Part shown: positions 1 through 13,319 of the stretch, one piece after another
Position numbering within the stretch: position 1 is the first letter of the stretch
Layout of the letters: every line of letters begins with the position of its first letter
Assembly: GCA_951406725.2 (NCBI GenBank)
Contig: OX597822.1
Coordinates: 82,770,001 to 82,834,000, forward strand
Length of the DNA: 64,000 nt
Reading direction: 5' to 3'
DNA from: Octopus vulgaris
Taxonomy: Eukaryota
Notes under the pieces: generated by a model
The model's input: the letters and a program-made list of their open reading frames with translations, nothing else
What the model was told of the DNA's origin: nothing
Databases searched by the model: none
Program-made: the position numbers and the translations under genes

Positions 1-768
1 GGTTGTAGTAGAAGACACTTGCCCAAGGTGCCATGCAGTGAGACTGAACCATGTGGCTGGGAAGCAAAGTTCTTACACAGCCACTCAATCTATTTTTATG
101 TACTAAACTATGTTACCTCGAGTATATCTTCATTGTGTACATGTGTTGTTTGTTGTTTAGCCCTGATTGAGAAAATCTGTGATAAAAGCTTATTCCAGCC
201 TATGATCTTCATGCCTTGATTTGTTTTTAAAATAGGTGTGATTCAAGGGAGTTTTTGCTGCTGTTCCTAACAGGTTGAACAACAGCATAAATGTTGGTAG
301 TGGTTGATGTTCATGTGTTGAAGTGGACAACAATAGGCTTGTGAAATCCATTATCATTTATTTATTATTAGTAATTGTAAATTGCTAATTTCATGCATGC
401 GCCCAGTTATAGAGCTTAAGTATATAGTGTTATTTTAATAGTAGTTCATTTTTTAATATTAGCTGGTCTTTCCTAACAAAGGATTAAAAATTTGGCAACT
501 AAATATTCAAAAGATTATGTTCAGTAAGAAAAGTTTATATCTCCTAAGCTTCTTTACTAACATATTTTCTTTTCCATATTAATAGAAATATTTGTTTTAT
601 TAGTTTGGAAAATCTGTCAGTGTATCAAATCTTCTTATTGATTATCAGTTATCAATATATTCACTATGATTAATATATATTTCTGCGGTTTCCATATGAC
701 TGTGAATCAATATCTAGAAAGTTCTCTAAGGTACAGCCCTGGGGGTTTTCTTTTTTTCTTTCTTTTTT

Positions 769-799
<31 letters not shown>

Positions 800-1089
800 G
801 TACTATAAGGTTTCCATATATGCAAGTGTGTCTTCTCCCTGCAACCAAAACTATCAAAACAAAAGTCATGGGCCAACACAATTTTGTGCATTTGTTGTCA
901 TAAGCATTGCCATCAGAATACAAAGAGCCTGGATGATTCTATCTAATGCTCTAGTGACTCTGCTGCTTCAGTAGATTTGTTTAATATAGCATACATAAAG
1001 TTATCAATATCTTGTTATTGGAAAGGTTAAGGGATGGCAGAATCAGGAGAGCAACCAACAGCATTCATGTTCTTTTATATACTCCTTCC

Positions 1090-2260
1090 ATCCCACATTC
1101 TATCACCTCCTTAATAACCACCAGTATTCTTTCTATAGAGCCAGATCCACTTATCACTTACAATCCTCTCTTGCCCACCTTTGTGGACTCTTGGAGAAAT
1201 TTGAAAGCAATGTTATTTTCCCTCAACATCAGCAGACTTTCAACTGTGTCTGGCATGCATATCTCCTACTGAAACTGCCGGCCCTATGGTTCCCACCCAT
1301 CTCTCATCTCTTAAGCTAGCATTTTTTTTCAGGTCACACTCTGGCCTTGTATGTTGACTGAGCTCCTCTGTTCTCTCATTCTATCAACTCCAATGTGCTC
1401 AAAGTTGGGTTTTATCTCCCACTCTCTTCCTTTACATCAATTACATACTTGCCACCACACCCAACAACATCCACTCTCACACAGATGAGACTATCCTTCA
1501 GTCATCCTTAACATTCCCTAATTATGCAGCATCCATTTGTTAACTAGGTGCCTAACACTAAATCTACACTGACTCCATGAACAGTGACCTCAAAGCATCA
1601 CCCAGTGGAGTCAAGTCTCTTTCAACAGCAAGAAAATATGAACACTAATATCAAGAAAACATCATCACACACACACCTTAATCCTGAACAACATTCAAAC
1701 CCTTCAAAATTCCTCCAATTCTTGGATCTCACTATCTCCAAAGATCTCCCTTGATGAGAACCCATTCTCAACATAGGTGGGCTTGTCCCTTCTCTTCAAA
1801 ACTAGAAGTCGCCAACAACTATTTTTTATACTCTTCAAAGCTCTGGTGAGGTACACAATGAAATATTGCTTTCACCTCTGGGAAGTGCTGTTACTGCATT
1901 CACAGACATCATAGACCAAATCCAGAAAAGCACCATCTGGCTGATTGGCATGAAGTAACAGACATATTCAATCTTTTTGGCTCACAGCTGCACCAGCTCT
2001 TCTCACTGTCATTTCTACTATAATGGCCTCTGTCCCTCAGAGCTGACTGAGTTCCTGCCCCCTCCACCCAAGCATTCCTATTCTACATATCCCTCCTCCT
2101 CTCATGATCTTTGTTATGTCCAACTGCTCAGCTCCTACACGTATCACTACAACCAGTTCTTCCTTCCCAGAACATCATCCTTCTAGAATTCTCTTCCTAT
2201 TCATATCTTTTCTGAAGGTGTTGATTTACAATGGTTTAAGAACATCAAAGCTAACAATCT
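1090..2260 (+). mobile_element. decayed LINE (CR1/Jockey/L2 group) RT and C-terminal fragment
   Basis: frameshifted remnants LFKALVRYTMKYCFHLW, YYNGLCPSEL, FLPRTSSF-NSLP typical of the 3' end of LINE ORF2. Confidence 0.7.
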
Positions 2261-2767
2261 CATTGGTCTAAGTAACAATCCCACTGGTATTTCAAACCCA
2301 GCAAGTAAAAAAAAAAAGAAAGAAAGAAAGAAAAAATCAGTCTCAGTTCTGTCGGGTTTGATTTTGTTTTTCTTCCTTCCTGTATCAATGTCTTAATCAA
2401 ATACTTTATTAAACTCACAGTATGTTTCCTTTGAAATTTGTGGCCCAGTGCCAATATTAAAAGTCAATAAGCTGTTTAATATTGCTGCGTTTATGGTATT
2501 CAGCATACAATATACTTATATAAGATGTATATACATGTGAAGGTTTACAGAAACACTAGCATGTATTTTCTGTTGGTTTTTCTTATGTGAGTAAATCAGT
2601 TATCAGTTGATAACTTGCGTGTTTGGAGCTTATTATACTATTCAACAAATGAAATTCATATAGGTCGATAAAATAAGTACCAGTTGAGTACTGGGGCCAA
2701 TGTAATCAACTTAACTACTCCTGGGTAAGAGTATAAAAACTGCACCCTTCTACCAAGCCAAGTAGAG

Positions 2768-3058
2768 CAGTGCTACTTGAAGTGGTGGTCCACGGACTGG
2801 TGCCAGCCTGTGAGCCATCAGCTGCTGGTACGTGGCAAGTTTCCAGAAAAGAAAGAAACATTATAAAATGCTTATGTAATATTGTATTATTTGTTTACAA
2901 AATAAGCATAAGATTTTTTTAAAGTTATCAACTTTTATTATATTCATTATATATATTGTTTCCGGTATAAATTAATATTACTAAGAAATATTACCAGTCC
3001 TTAGCGCATTGGGGTTGGGGCTGCCTGTACGCCACATCAGATAGTTTGAGAAACACTG
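2768..3058. mobile_element. hAT/Charlie-like MITE
   Basis: termini CAGTGCTACTTGAA...TTTGAGAAACACTG; second copy at 23395-23636. Confidence 0.7.
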
Positions 3059-4254
3059 ATGAAGAGCCAGTGTGGCAAGGTAGGCTCAGCAAACTAGTAT
3101 AATGTCAAGCTTTAATTCACAGCCTTCACATCAGAAGGTAGAGAGAACATGCTGAGATCTTCATCCTGCAATGGGCTTGAACATAGGTAATCCAACTGAA
3201 TTCATTTATTTGTGATTATAAACTGAAATATTTTTGATTTGTTCAAACTATGTTCTTCAGTAGTGAATCAATATACTGCATTTTATAATCAAGTATTGTT
3301 TATTAAAATCTTTAGATTTTTGTAAGTTGAACTGTATATTTATTCATATTGCAACAAGTATCTGAAGTTTGACCTCATGGTATTGGTTTAATAAAGTAAA
3401 ATTGGTTAAATCTAGAACTCAACCTGGTGCTACTTATTTTCATTTCTCTGTGTTCATGCCAAACCCACATAACCTACATAGGTATCTTTGGTCATATATG
3501 CACACCAAAATATAATAACCTTAATCCAGAAATATGAGGGTCCAGTCTTTAGTTTTTATGCCATTTCAGTCCTACTTCTGTATTAGTCAAACTGGTTGAA
3601 AAATAAAATCCTATTTTCTCTTCTAAATTCTGGTGCCTAATTATGTAGACTGTACTGCTAGCTACTACTTTCATATACACTTCTAAAGTGATTGTTAATG
3701 GTTATTAATAGAAGCAAAATATTTCATTCACTAAGCATCACCAATGTTTACACTTGTTCTCACGTCACTATTTTTTTATAGGCTACGGTTGATACGCTTG
3801 TGAATATAACTAGAGTACAATAACTCACATGTTTGTTAAAAGTGTTTCTGTCTATTTATTCACCTCCTCTTTTATTTTGGTAACAGACTGATTGTTCTTT
3901 GTTATATTACTTGTAGCAAAGTTAGTTTGCACACAGTTCTAAATTACCATTTTTTTGTTTGTTTTTTATTAGTCTTAATCCATACAAGAGAGTTTAACTA
4001 TGTGCAGATGTTGTAATCATCACCATCATTGTTTTGACTTTCATTTTCTCATGCATGCATGGATCAAACAATTCATTGAGGCAGATTTTTCTATGGCCAG
4101 ATGCTATTCCCTGTCACCAACTAGCTGTCACTTGACTAGATGTATTTTCATGGGAGATTGGAAGCAAATGTCCCTGTATGACAGTGACACTCGTTTACAA
4201 TTATCATGCCATGTCAAGACAAGGAGGCACAACACACGCAAGCAGACATACCTA

Positions 4255-4550
4255 CTGTGTGGCACCTTGGACCAGTGTCTTCTACTATAGCCTCAGGCCA
4301 ACCAAAACCTTGTGAGTGGTAGATGGAAACTGAAAGAAGCCCATCGTGTGTGTGCGTGTATGTTTGTGTTCCCTATCATCACTTGACAACCGATGTTGGT
4401 ATGTTTACTTCCCCGTAACTTAGTGGTTCGGCAAAACAGACCGATAGGATAAGTACTAGGCTTACAAAGAATGAGTCCTGGGGTTGATTTGTTTGACTAA
4501 AGGCGGTGCTCTAGCATGGCCAAAGTCAAATGACTGAAACAAATAAAGGA
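4255..4550 (+). mobile_element. tRNA-SINE family A (CORE-like central domain), 5'-truncated
   Basis: GGCACCTTGG..AGTGTCTTCTACTATAGCC...TGACTGAAACAAATAAA, repeated many times in the window. Confidence 0.8.
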
Positions 4551-4564
4551 ATATATGCACATGC

Positions 4565-4715
4565 ACACAACAGGCTTCTTTCAGTTTCCATCTACCAAAT
4601 CCACTTACAAAGGCTTTGGTCAGCTTGGAATTAGAGTAGGACACTTGCCCAAGGTGCCACACAATTGGACCAAAACCATGTTGTTGGGCTGTAAACTTCT
4701 TAACCACACAGCCTT
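4565..4715 (-). mobile_element. tRNA-SINE family A, 5' half
   Basis: reverse complement of family A head. Confidence 0.8.
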
Positions 4716-5297
4716 GGTCAATGCAGACCAATATTGACTAAAAAAGAAAATGTTGCTCTGTTTTAGTCTATCAAGCCTGAAGTTGAAATTGTTGATGGTT
4801 AGTGAAGCTAACTCTATTTTCAGTATTCACTTTTCTTGTGTGTATATTATTTATGGTGGTTGTTTTATTTGAGCTGGGGGAAGCAGAAACCCTTTTTGAT
4901 ACAACCCATCTGATACCATCTGGTTCTATGCTACAAAGCCTTTTGGTTTTAAAGTGTTTATATTTATATATCAAAAACCCCCACCTCATAATATCTTTGT
5001 GTAAAACACCTTTTGTTCATCATCCTTGTTTAATGTCCACTTTCCATGCTGGCATGGTTTTTGTAGATGGCTGTCCTTCCTAATGCCAACCACTTAAGAG
5101 TGTGCTGGGTTCTTTTTACATGCTACCAGCACAGGCCTCTGTTGTGTATAAATTGCTTTGTTTTAGGTGTGTATTTATTCTAAATAGACTTTAACTATTG
5201 TTAATATTAGATTATATTGTGCAAGTAATATAAGATATTAACTTATTTTGTTTTTGGAATCGGGAAATATTAAGTGGGGTGAAAGAAATGACTTTAA

Positions 5298-5510
5298 CCC
5301 TTTAGCATTTAACCCAGCCATATCAGGCAAAAAGATTCTTTGTGTTTCATGTTCAGACTGGCCAGATCCAGCCTCTCACATCTACCCCATAGTGTCATTC
5401 TAAAAATAAACAATCATATCATCAGTATCTCAAAGCTATGATGATACATGATTAATTAAAAGAATGTAAATAAATATTAGATTTGACGGAGTAATCTGAA
5501 TGCTAAAGAG
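5298..5510. mobile_element. piggyBac-type MITE
   Basis: TTAA|CCCTTTAGCATT...AATGCTAAAGAG|TTAA. Confidence 0.75.
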
Positions 5511-6170
5511 TTAACGAAGGTCTAATAAATCGCATTAGAATGATTTGGTGTGCTGTTTTAATTAATGTTGTGTGGTTTGCATTTAGGAGATAAATATTCT
5601 TAAAATTAATCTTCATCTTTGACTAAAATCAAGATTATGTGAAATGAACAATATTATTGTTTGTTTTAAACTATTATGTATTCCCACCCATCTTTATATA
5701 ATGGTAGGTAGCCATGTTTCTTTATTGCACCTGTACTTGTCCCTCTATTCCCTTTCAACACTTGACATAAAACCACCTCCTCTTCTCAATTACCCCACCT
5801 CCACTTTGTAGTGGGGGGGCTTTTTCTTTTTCCCTCCCTGTTCTTTTTCTTCTTATAATTTACTTGGCAATCTCACTAGTGCCAGTGGAATGATAAAGCT
5901 CCCAGTACACTCTGTAAAGCACTAAGAAGGTCAGCCAGCTGTAGAAATCATGCCAAAGCTGTCACTGAAACTCGAAGCAGCCCCAAGGCCTGCTGGATCC
6001 TGTCAAACCATCCAACCCATGCCAGTATGGAAAACAGATGTTATATGAGGATGATGATGTTGATACATAAAAAGATTACTTCCTTAAAAATTAAATGCTA
6101 CCTTTTCCCTTTGCAACTTAATCCATATGATCGATTCTCTAAAGTAACCTATATTTTCTCTTTATTTCAG

Positions 6171-6274
6171 ATGAGAGTCACAAGCAGATGTTTGCCAAAT
6201 TCATGAAATCACACAAATGCTATGACCTCATTCCAACAAGTGCAAAATTAGTGATATTTGATACACAATTAATG
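6171..6274 (+). CDS. PRKAG: AMPK gamma subunit, first coding exon visible in window (upstream exons outside window)
   Basis: tttcag acceptor, gtaatt donor; encodes (D)ESHKQMFAKFMKSHKCYDLIPTSAKLVIFDTQLM, the conserved pre-CBS1 segment of AMPK gamma. Confidence 0.95.
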
Positions 6275-6533
6275 GTAATTGTTTGATTCTTTTTATCTTT
6301 TTTTTTTACCTCCCTTCATAAGATAAAAGTTTACTTTTAAATATTTTTAGAACTATTGAAGATTTGAATATGTTTTTAAAATTCCGTGCTAGTAAATCTA
6401 CTTTCCATATAGAAATCAGAGACAGTAATATTTAGTGTGTATCTGTGATCATTTAGTATATGGACACAATGAAATATTCCCAGTTATATCAAAGAGTTTT
6501 ATTTAAAAAGACATATGATTCTGAATATAAAGT

Positions 6534-6534
<1 letters not shown>

Positions 6535-6584
<50 letters not shown>
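6535..6584. repeat. (CT)n microsatellite
   Basis: direct reading; another (CT)n at ~12443-12517. Confidence 0.95.
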
Positions 6585-6588
<4 letters not shown>

Positions 6589-7614
6589 TTAGAAGAAGAA
6601 GAGTAGTGACTAGTGTTGGGGTAAGTTGTCCTTAGACTGGAAACCTGGTCCAAATGCTTACAACAATGTAGACTCTACTAAAGATACCTGAGTGTCAGGG
6701 AGGGGATGTCAAGCCAAGGTGATGGAGTAAGTCTGCTCTGTAGGTGCAAAACCTATTTTTAGGAAAATTAGCAATTTGAGTTATTGATTGCATTCATGTT
6801 TCTCCTAATAGTGTTTGACAACCAGAAATCAAAACTAGGTTCTAAACAAACTAACAAAGTAGCTTTCATATAGTCACTTGATCTGCTAGAAATATCAGCC
6901 ACATTTTCCTTGAATCACACCCTACTATCTTAAAGATGTTTAATATTACATCTTAGATAAAATAATATTAAAATTATGATGCTTCAACATAAAAAAGTAA
7001 AAGTTGTGTCGTACAAATGTCTGGAAAGCGAATAATGTATGAGTCAGATACATGCTTGTGTGTGAATAGAGGGGAGAAAATCAGGTGTAGTGTTAGCGAA
7101 TCTCAGAAAGCATGGAAGTTTTGAAGGATGCAGTGCTCCTAGAATTAAATAAAATAGAACAGGATACGATACAATAAGGTGGGGAAATGAAAGGAAATAA
7201 AATGAAACAATATAAAATACAATAAAGATGACAGAGTAGAAGGAGGTTTAATTTTTCTTTAATAATTTGGGGGGATAAAAAAATATAAAAGTTTTAAAAG
7301 ATTTTTAAAATTCTGTCTTTTTTTTTTCAAGTTTTAAAACTTTGAAGATGCATGAAAGGTTTGTGGATATAGAAGTTGGTATAAAAGTGGATAGGTAGGT
7401 GGATGAATAGACAGACATAGACCGATCAATCCTGAAGACCTCCCATGCAAAATAAAGTATCCAGTAAATTCATTTAGTGGAGAATTACACTGTGAACCAT
7501 TAAGTCATCAATGAATTTATTGTCGAGCAAAATATACATCATCTGTAAATTTATCTTCATGCTCTCTATCCACACAATAAATGAACCTAGTTAAACAAAA
7601 TTCTTTTTTGGTTA

Positions 7615-8440
7615 TGATTGTTTCAACAATTAGACTGCAGCCATGGTAGGGTACTGACTTAAGGGTTTGGTTGAACAAATCAACCACAGTAATTTTTTTT
7701 TCTTAAGTCTGACACTTATTTTATTGGTTTCTTTTTGCTGAGCTGCTAAGTTATGTGGACATAAACACACCAACACCAGTTGTCAGTGGGAGGAGAGGAC
7801 AAATAAAAACATAAAGATATACACACACACACACATACATGATAGGTTTCCACTCAGTTTCCATCTCCCAGATGCATTGACAAGGCATTGGTTGGCCTTG
7901 TGGTATAGTAGGAGACACTCTCCCAAAGTTCCACAAAGTGGGACTGAACCCAAGCCTATGTGGTTACAAAGGGAGCTTGCTAACCACACAGCCATGACTA
8001 TATGAAATGAGTTTGTATACTGCAATCAGCTTTACATGAAAAATAATTTCTCATTTTTTATTTTTACTTGTTTCAATCAATAGACTCTGGCCATGCTGGG
8101 GCACTGCCTTGAAGAATTCTTGGTCAAATGAATTGACCCCAGTACTTATTGTTTTTCTAAGCCTGGTACTTATTTAGTTGTCATGTTTTGCTGAACCACA
8201 TAATTATGGGGGAGGTAAACACCAACACCAATTGTCAAGCAGACACAAAGATGCGCACTCACACACACACATAAATATAGATATATGGCTGGCTTCTGTC
8301 AGTTTCTGTCAACAAAATCTACTCACAAGGCTTTGGTCAGCCAAAGACTATAGTAGAAGACACTTGCCCAAGGTGCCATGCCGTGGGACTGAACCTGGAA
8401 CCATGTGGTTGGAAAGCAAGCTTCTTAACCACACAGCCAC
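7615..8440 (-). mobile_element. two tandem SINE family A copies
   Basis: GACACTTGCCCAAGGTGCCA..GTGGGACTGAACC-type head seen twice. Confidence 0.8.
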
Positions 8441-8801
8441 ATTTGCATCTTTTAGAAAATATAATCACACAATAAAAAATGCAATAAAAAGTTAGCACTA
8501 ATTTAAAGTGGTTGAACGAAAAGACATTATTCTAGAAAGACAAATTACGAACATCTTCTTTCAAGATAATCCTTTATTTCACAATTTTTGTTATTTATTG
8601 ACAATGTCTTGAATTCTCAGTCTTTGTATGTCTTTATGTGATGCGTAATTATGACAATGATGATGATTTACTATTCAATTGCTGTATTGCTTCATGAGTG
8701 TTTCTTTTTCAAGATTGCAGTAGGATAGAATGCTTCTATCAATCTGCTGAATGATTGATAAATGACTAATGTCGGCCTTCACAGGAGTTGTTTATCTTAG
8801 A

Positions 8802-9033
8802 GCAGTGGTTCTCAGCTGAGGTCCACATGACGCTTGTGAGTGTGAGTGTGGGGGTGGAGTGGGAGTTCCATATAAGATTTAGTTCTTAAAACTTATGTGC
8901 AATAAATTGTCTGGACTTTTACAAGACACAAAATGTTTTAATAATTTATTATATATTGACTGGCTATGAGTATCCACCCAGGTAAATTTGGAATCAGAGA
9001 GGTCTTTGGACTAAAAAGGGTTGAGAACCCGTG
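8802..9033. mobile_element. hAT-type MITE (CAGTGGTTCTCAAC family)
   Basis: CAGTGGTTCTCAG...GGTTGAGAACCCGTG termini; relatives at ~19843-20036 and ~57958-58270. Confidence 0.65.
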
Positions 9034-9619
9034 TCTTAAATGTATCTTCCTGGGCTTCAGCAAAATAATTTCAAAGTGTCCAATCAAAGACAGGAAATTA
9101 TTTAGTCTCAAAAGTACTTTGGTCAAGGAGATCTATGATCAAAAACATTCTAGTTATGACCATCCTGTCTTTTACCTATGTGCAGAGAACTTCAGCTTAG
9201 GTGTTTTCACCCCAGGTTCAATTCTACTCGCCAAAAAAATTAAAAAAAGATATTTTGTTCAAGTGAAAGAAACCATTGGCAATGTAGATGAACAGTGGTT
9301 GGTGGAGAGGATTTCCATATTTAGTAAAACTATGATCTACATTGTTTCAAAACACTCTCTTTTTGAAGAATTAAGTTATTTTAGTAAAACTGAAAGTTTG
9401 ATTGTTTTTATTCAGGATTTTAATTTTTAGTCAATATTTATAACTTGGTATATATTTGTAACTTGCTTCGGTACATTACTCATCAGGTCCCACCATTTGC
9501 TACACCAGCTAACTTGTATTTGCTCTCCTTCACTTTGTGGTTTTATTCCATTAACAGATACTCTGGCTTGTTGTTCACGCATCCAGAAATCACTGAATGT
9601 TGTTTTTAATTTGTTTCAG

Positions 9620-9701
9620 GTTAAGAAAGCATTTTTTGCTCTTGTCTACAATGGAGTAAGAGCAGCACCTCTGTGGGACAGTGCAAAGCAAGATTATGTC
9701 G
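9620..9701 (+). CDS. PRKAG: AMPK gamma exon (CBS1)
   Basis: ttcag/gtaagt; [27 protein letters not shown](G); 82 bp, phase consistent. Confidence 0.97.
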
Positions 9702-11129
9702 GTAAGTTGTTAAGGCAGTGAATTCTTTTCCATTATTTAAAACATTTCATGTAACTTAATACATATAAATATATCTCAACAAATATCCAAGCTATGTATT
9801 TGCAATTGTATACATGCATACCTACAACTATTATTAAATTATCAATCCATAAGTTATATTTTCTCGAATTTAAGTCAAGCATATTTTTCACCTTAAGATC
9901 TTGATGTTTAACTCACAGGTCATCCATGTTCATTTTCTTTTGTTGAGTATTTACAATTACAATAATCTAGCTGTCCTTTTTCAAGGTAGTGGTGTAATTT
10001 GAGATAGATTTGGTTACTATTTCTGGTAAGTTAAGCACTCTCATTGGCTGGTTCTTTCAAATGATTACCATTGTATAATACCTAACTGTTCCAGCTAACC
10101 ATTGTCATGTACTTATCTCAAAGGATTATACAACCCCAGTAAACTAATGTTTGGGTTGTGCATTGAGGGATATTTCAAATTGGTGTCTTTTCCATAAATA
10201 TTTCCATGGTCATTGCTCTGGTGAACTTTCTGGTCTAGTACCCTCAGTGAAAACCTTTAAATGTGGCACATTGTTACTCTGTTGAGCTTCCTGTTAGTCA
10301 TAAGTTCTTCTTTCTAATAGCTTTTTCCTCAAACTACTGTTCTCTGAAACTAACATTGTCTTGTTTTCCTTTCAATTATGATATTCTGTCCTTTAAGCTT
10401 TCTGTGAGTCAGCATTTTTTGAATTTATAGGGCCCTTCTTTGTAGTCCTTTATGCAATTGTAGCCTCAAGCCTTGTGTGGGGCAGAATCTTACTAAAAAA
10501 TGTCTTAATTTCTCTTGCTCCTCTGCCTTGTCATAAGCCAGGTCTTGCTCCATTAGTCCTTACCCTAATCTTGACAGGTTTGTCTTGCTTCCCATGCCCT
10601 CTCCTTTCTGGCTTCCACTTAAGAAAAGCTTTCATTTGCCTCTTTGTGGTTCATGTAAGCAAGCATTTTCTGTCATCTCATGGTAATGATATTCCATAGC
10701 TTACTCAGCCTAGCCCATTCCTCATTCATCATATGGTCACACAAAAAATTATCGGTATGGTCTTAATACATTAGCAGAAGACATCTGCAGTTTCTATAGA
10801 TTCTGCTAATCGTTTCCAATATCTCAGGTACATAAGTGAACCAGACAAACTGTATAAATAAGATTAAGCAAGGTTTCTTAATCTTGGATCAATTTATGTT
10901 GTACCTTGGGGAGAAAAAAACTCCTGACACTTTTAAGCAAGGAGAAAAATATTGTCTCAAATTTTTATGGTGATACTGAGCATAAAAGTTTGAAGAAGGC
11001 ACTGTGGGAGAGGATTGTTGTTGTTTAGACTCAGCTCAGCCCTGACTGAACAGACCTATAATGAAATGTCTTCCATTGGTGTACATCTTTTTCTTCATAG
11101 TCCTTGGACTCGTGTCACTTTGCAGCATC

Positions 11130-11400
11130 TGCCTTTCAGGTCTCTGTTGCTGAAGAGGAGATAATCACTCTGAAATGCATATATCCAACCGTCTGGTTGG
11201 ATATATGTTGTGAACTAACTCAGTGTAGTAAAAATTGTTTGCCAACATAACATGGCAGTCCTGGTTTAGGACGAATAGCAAGCTGGAGACAATGTCTCCT
11301 GGGGATAAATTACAGCAACATTAGCAAACAATCTTTACTACAAAGTACTGTTGCTGAATATCTCGGGTTGTAAGATTTAAAAATAGTAATTTTCTAACTC
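11130..11400. mobile_element. Penelope-like pLTR remnant with internal inversion
   Basis: hammerhead motif plus direct and inverted pieces of the same repeat seen at 61641-62101. Confidence 0.55.
11146..11189 (+). ncRNA. minimal type-I hammerhead ribozyme-like motif (Penelope-type)
   Basis: GTTG-CTGAAGA-GGAG(ATAATCA)CTCT-GAAA-TG(CATA)TA-TC-CAAC: stem I GTTG/CAAC, intact core, AUC cleavage triplet. Confidence 0.6.
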
Positions 11401-12041
11401 AGTGTCTTTGTCTACATCGAGAAATTTTCTCCATCACAAAATGCAGTCAGTGGCTTTCTTACAAGTTCAAATATGCCTCAAACATATTTGAACAGGTAAC
11501 AAGTTTGTATCTATACATACAGCACTGCTTAGCACTGTATTCTTATTGCTCACTGTCATTCCTTTTTTCTTAAGACAGTCGAATTTGGAGCGGGGGGGAT
11601 TATTTAATTGCTGTTTGTAGCAGTTCAAGTGACCCTGAAGAGGTTTCCTCATTGGCTTGAGGTGAAAAGATTGCTAAAAGTTCAGTGGACAGAATGATGA
11701 AGTGAAGCCAGGAGAGAATGGGACAGGGTGTTGAGAAACTTAAAATAATCAATTCACTCAACTAAGAGCATTTTACAAGGCAGTGTGCCATGTTCATGTA
11801 TAGGCATGTACATGTGACTCACATACAACAAAGCTGCATGTGAAATACATACAAAAAATTCACTGACCACTAAAAATGAAACATGTTGTGTGAGATTAAC
11901 AGTGAAGTTAGTATTGATTAGTACTGAGTACCAAGACCTGAGTAGCATCAAAGATGTAATTATTAAATTAAAATTATTATTGTTGTTCAAATATTTCTGT
12001 TTGATTGCCTCACAATCACATGACGTTATTCTCTCTTACAG

Positions 12042-12100
12042 GCATGTTAACAATTACTGATTTTATTAGTATTCTGCAGAAGTACTACAAAGCTCCTTTA
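12042..12100 (+). CDS. PRKAG: AMPK gamma exon (CBS1 end)
   Basis: ttacag/gtaagt; (G)MLTITDFISILQKYYKAPL; 59 bp. Confidence 0.97.
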
Positions 12101-12439
12101 GTAAGTATTTTTACACCATTTAAAAATACATTTTGTTTGTTTTTGTCGAAAATTACCAATTAGTTTAAAATAATGTTTTGTTTTTTTTTGCTTTTAGTTT
12201 TTTTTACAAGTTTTGAGGTGTGGACTGTGGTCATGCTGGGACCATCACTATCAAAAGTATCAGTTGATTATATTGGCACCAGTACTTTGTTTCGTATTTA
12301 TTTTATTGATTCGATAAAGATCAAACGGCAAAGTTGATCTTTGCATAAAGAGTTATTAGCTATGATTAAACTAAACACCACAAGTAGTCTTGTTTGATGC
12401 TCTGATTCTGATCATACTCACCAATACCTGTACACAAGC

Positions 12440-12518
<79 letters not shown>

Positions 12519-13077
12519 ACTCACTCACTCACTCACTCACATTTTTTGCTACCAAATTTTACCAGCTATCCTTTCTAACATAAGGCTGTGGTAGAAAGCA
12601 GAATTATGTGACTGGAAAGCAATTTTCTTAACTACGGGCCATGCCTCCCATACTTTGAAACTTTATAGAGAAATGATAGCGATTGTTCTGGTAAAGCCAT
12701 GTTTAATACATTCAAATGCACTCAGATGTGAGAAAACCTTCTGCTATGGAGATAGCCCCAGGAGAAAATTCTCCTCTTAGACATATGTGTAAACACAAGA
12801 GGAGTTGTAAATGATATCATTGGATTGTCAGACATGCATTTCTGTGTCATTTCACTTTGGACATTACACTTTGTCAGCTATGAACAACAAATGTCATTCA
12901 CAGCCTGATAAGAACAAAATTACTCTTTTTGAGACAGCATATGGAATATATGCTGGTGTGTATAGAGCTTTATCAAACTAAAATTAAATAATGTTATAAA
13001 AAGCTGTGTTGAATGAAATATATTTGTATAAAGTCACATTGAAGTTACCTATATACTTAAATATTTTATAATTTCAG

Positions 13078-13123
13078 GCTCACATGGAAGAATTAGAAGA
13101 ACACAAAATTGATACTTGGAGAG
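13078..13123 (+). CDS. PRKAG: AMPK gamma exon (CBS1-CBS2 linker)
   Basis: tttcag/gtatgt; AHMEELEEHKIDTWR(E); 46 bp. Confidence 0.96.
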
Positions 13124-13319
13124 GTATGTACATGGTTACAATAATCTTTCCATTCTAATGTACAGGTTTAGGTTTCTTAATTGAGAACTTAGATTGAAAT
13201 CTGGCTTTAAGAAGGCATTCTGGATAATAAACATGGTTGAGGCAAAGAGGTTATGTTCAGACTCCCTCATCCATATTCAATTAACTATCTGATAGTGATT
13301 TTATATGTATTGCTTTAAA

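Noticed and set aside
3782-3880. Possible upstream AMPK-gamma exon after TTTTTTTATAG
   Set aside because: No open frame with a phase-1 donor compatible with exon 6171 and no similarity to AMPK gamma; cannot be supported as coding.
8966-9430. 154-aa ORF in an AMPK-gamma intron
   Set aside because: Overlaps a MITE end and other repeat remnants; no recognisable protein features.
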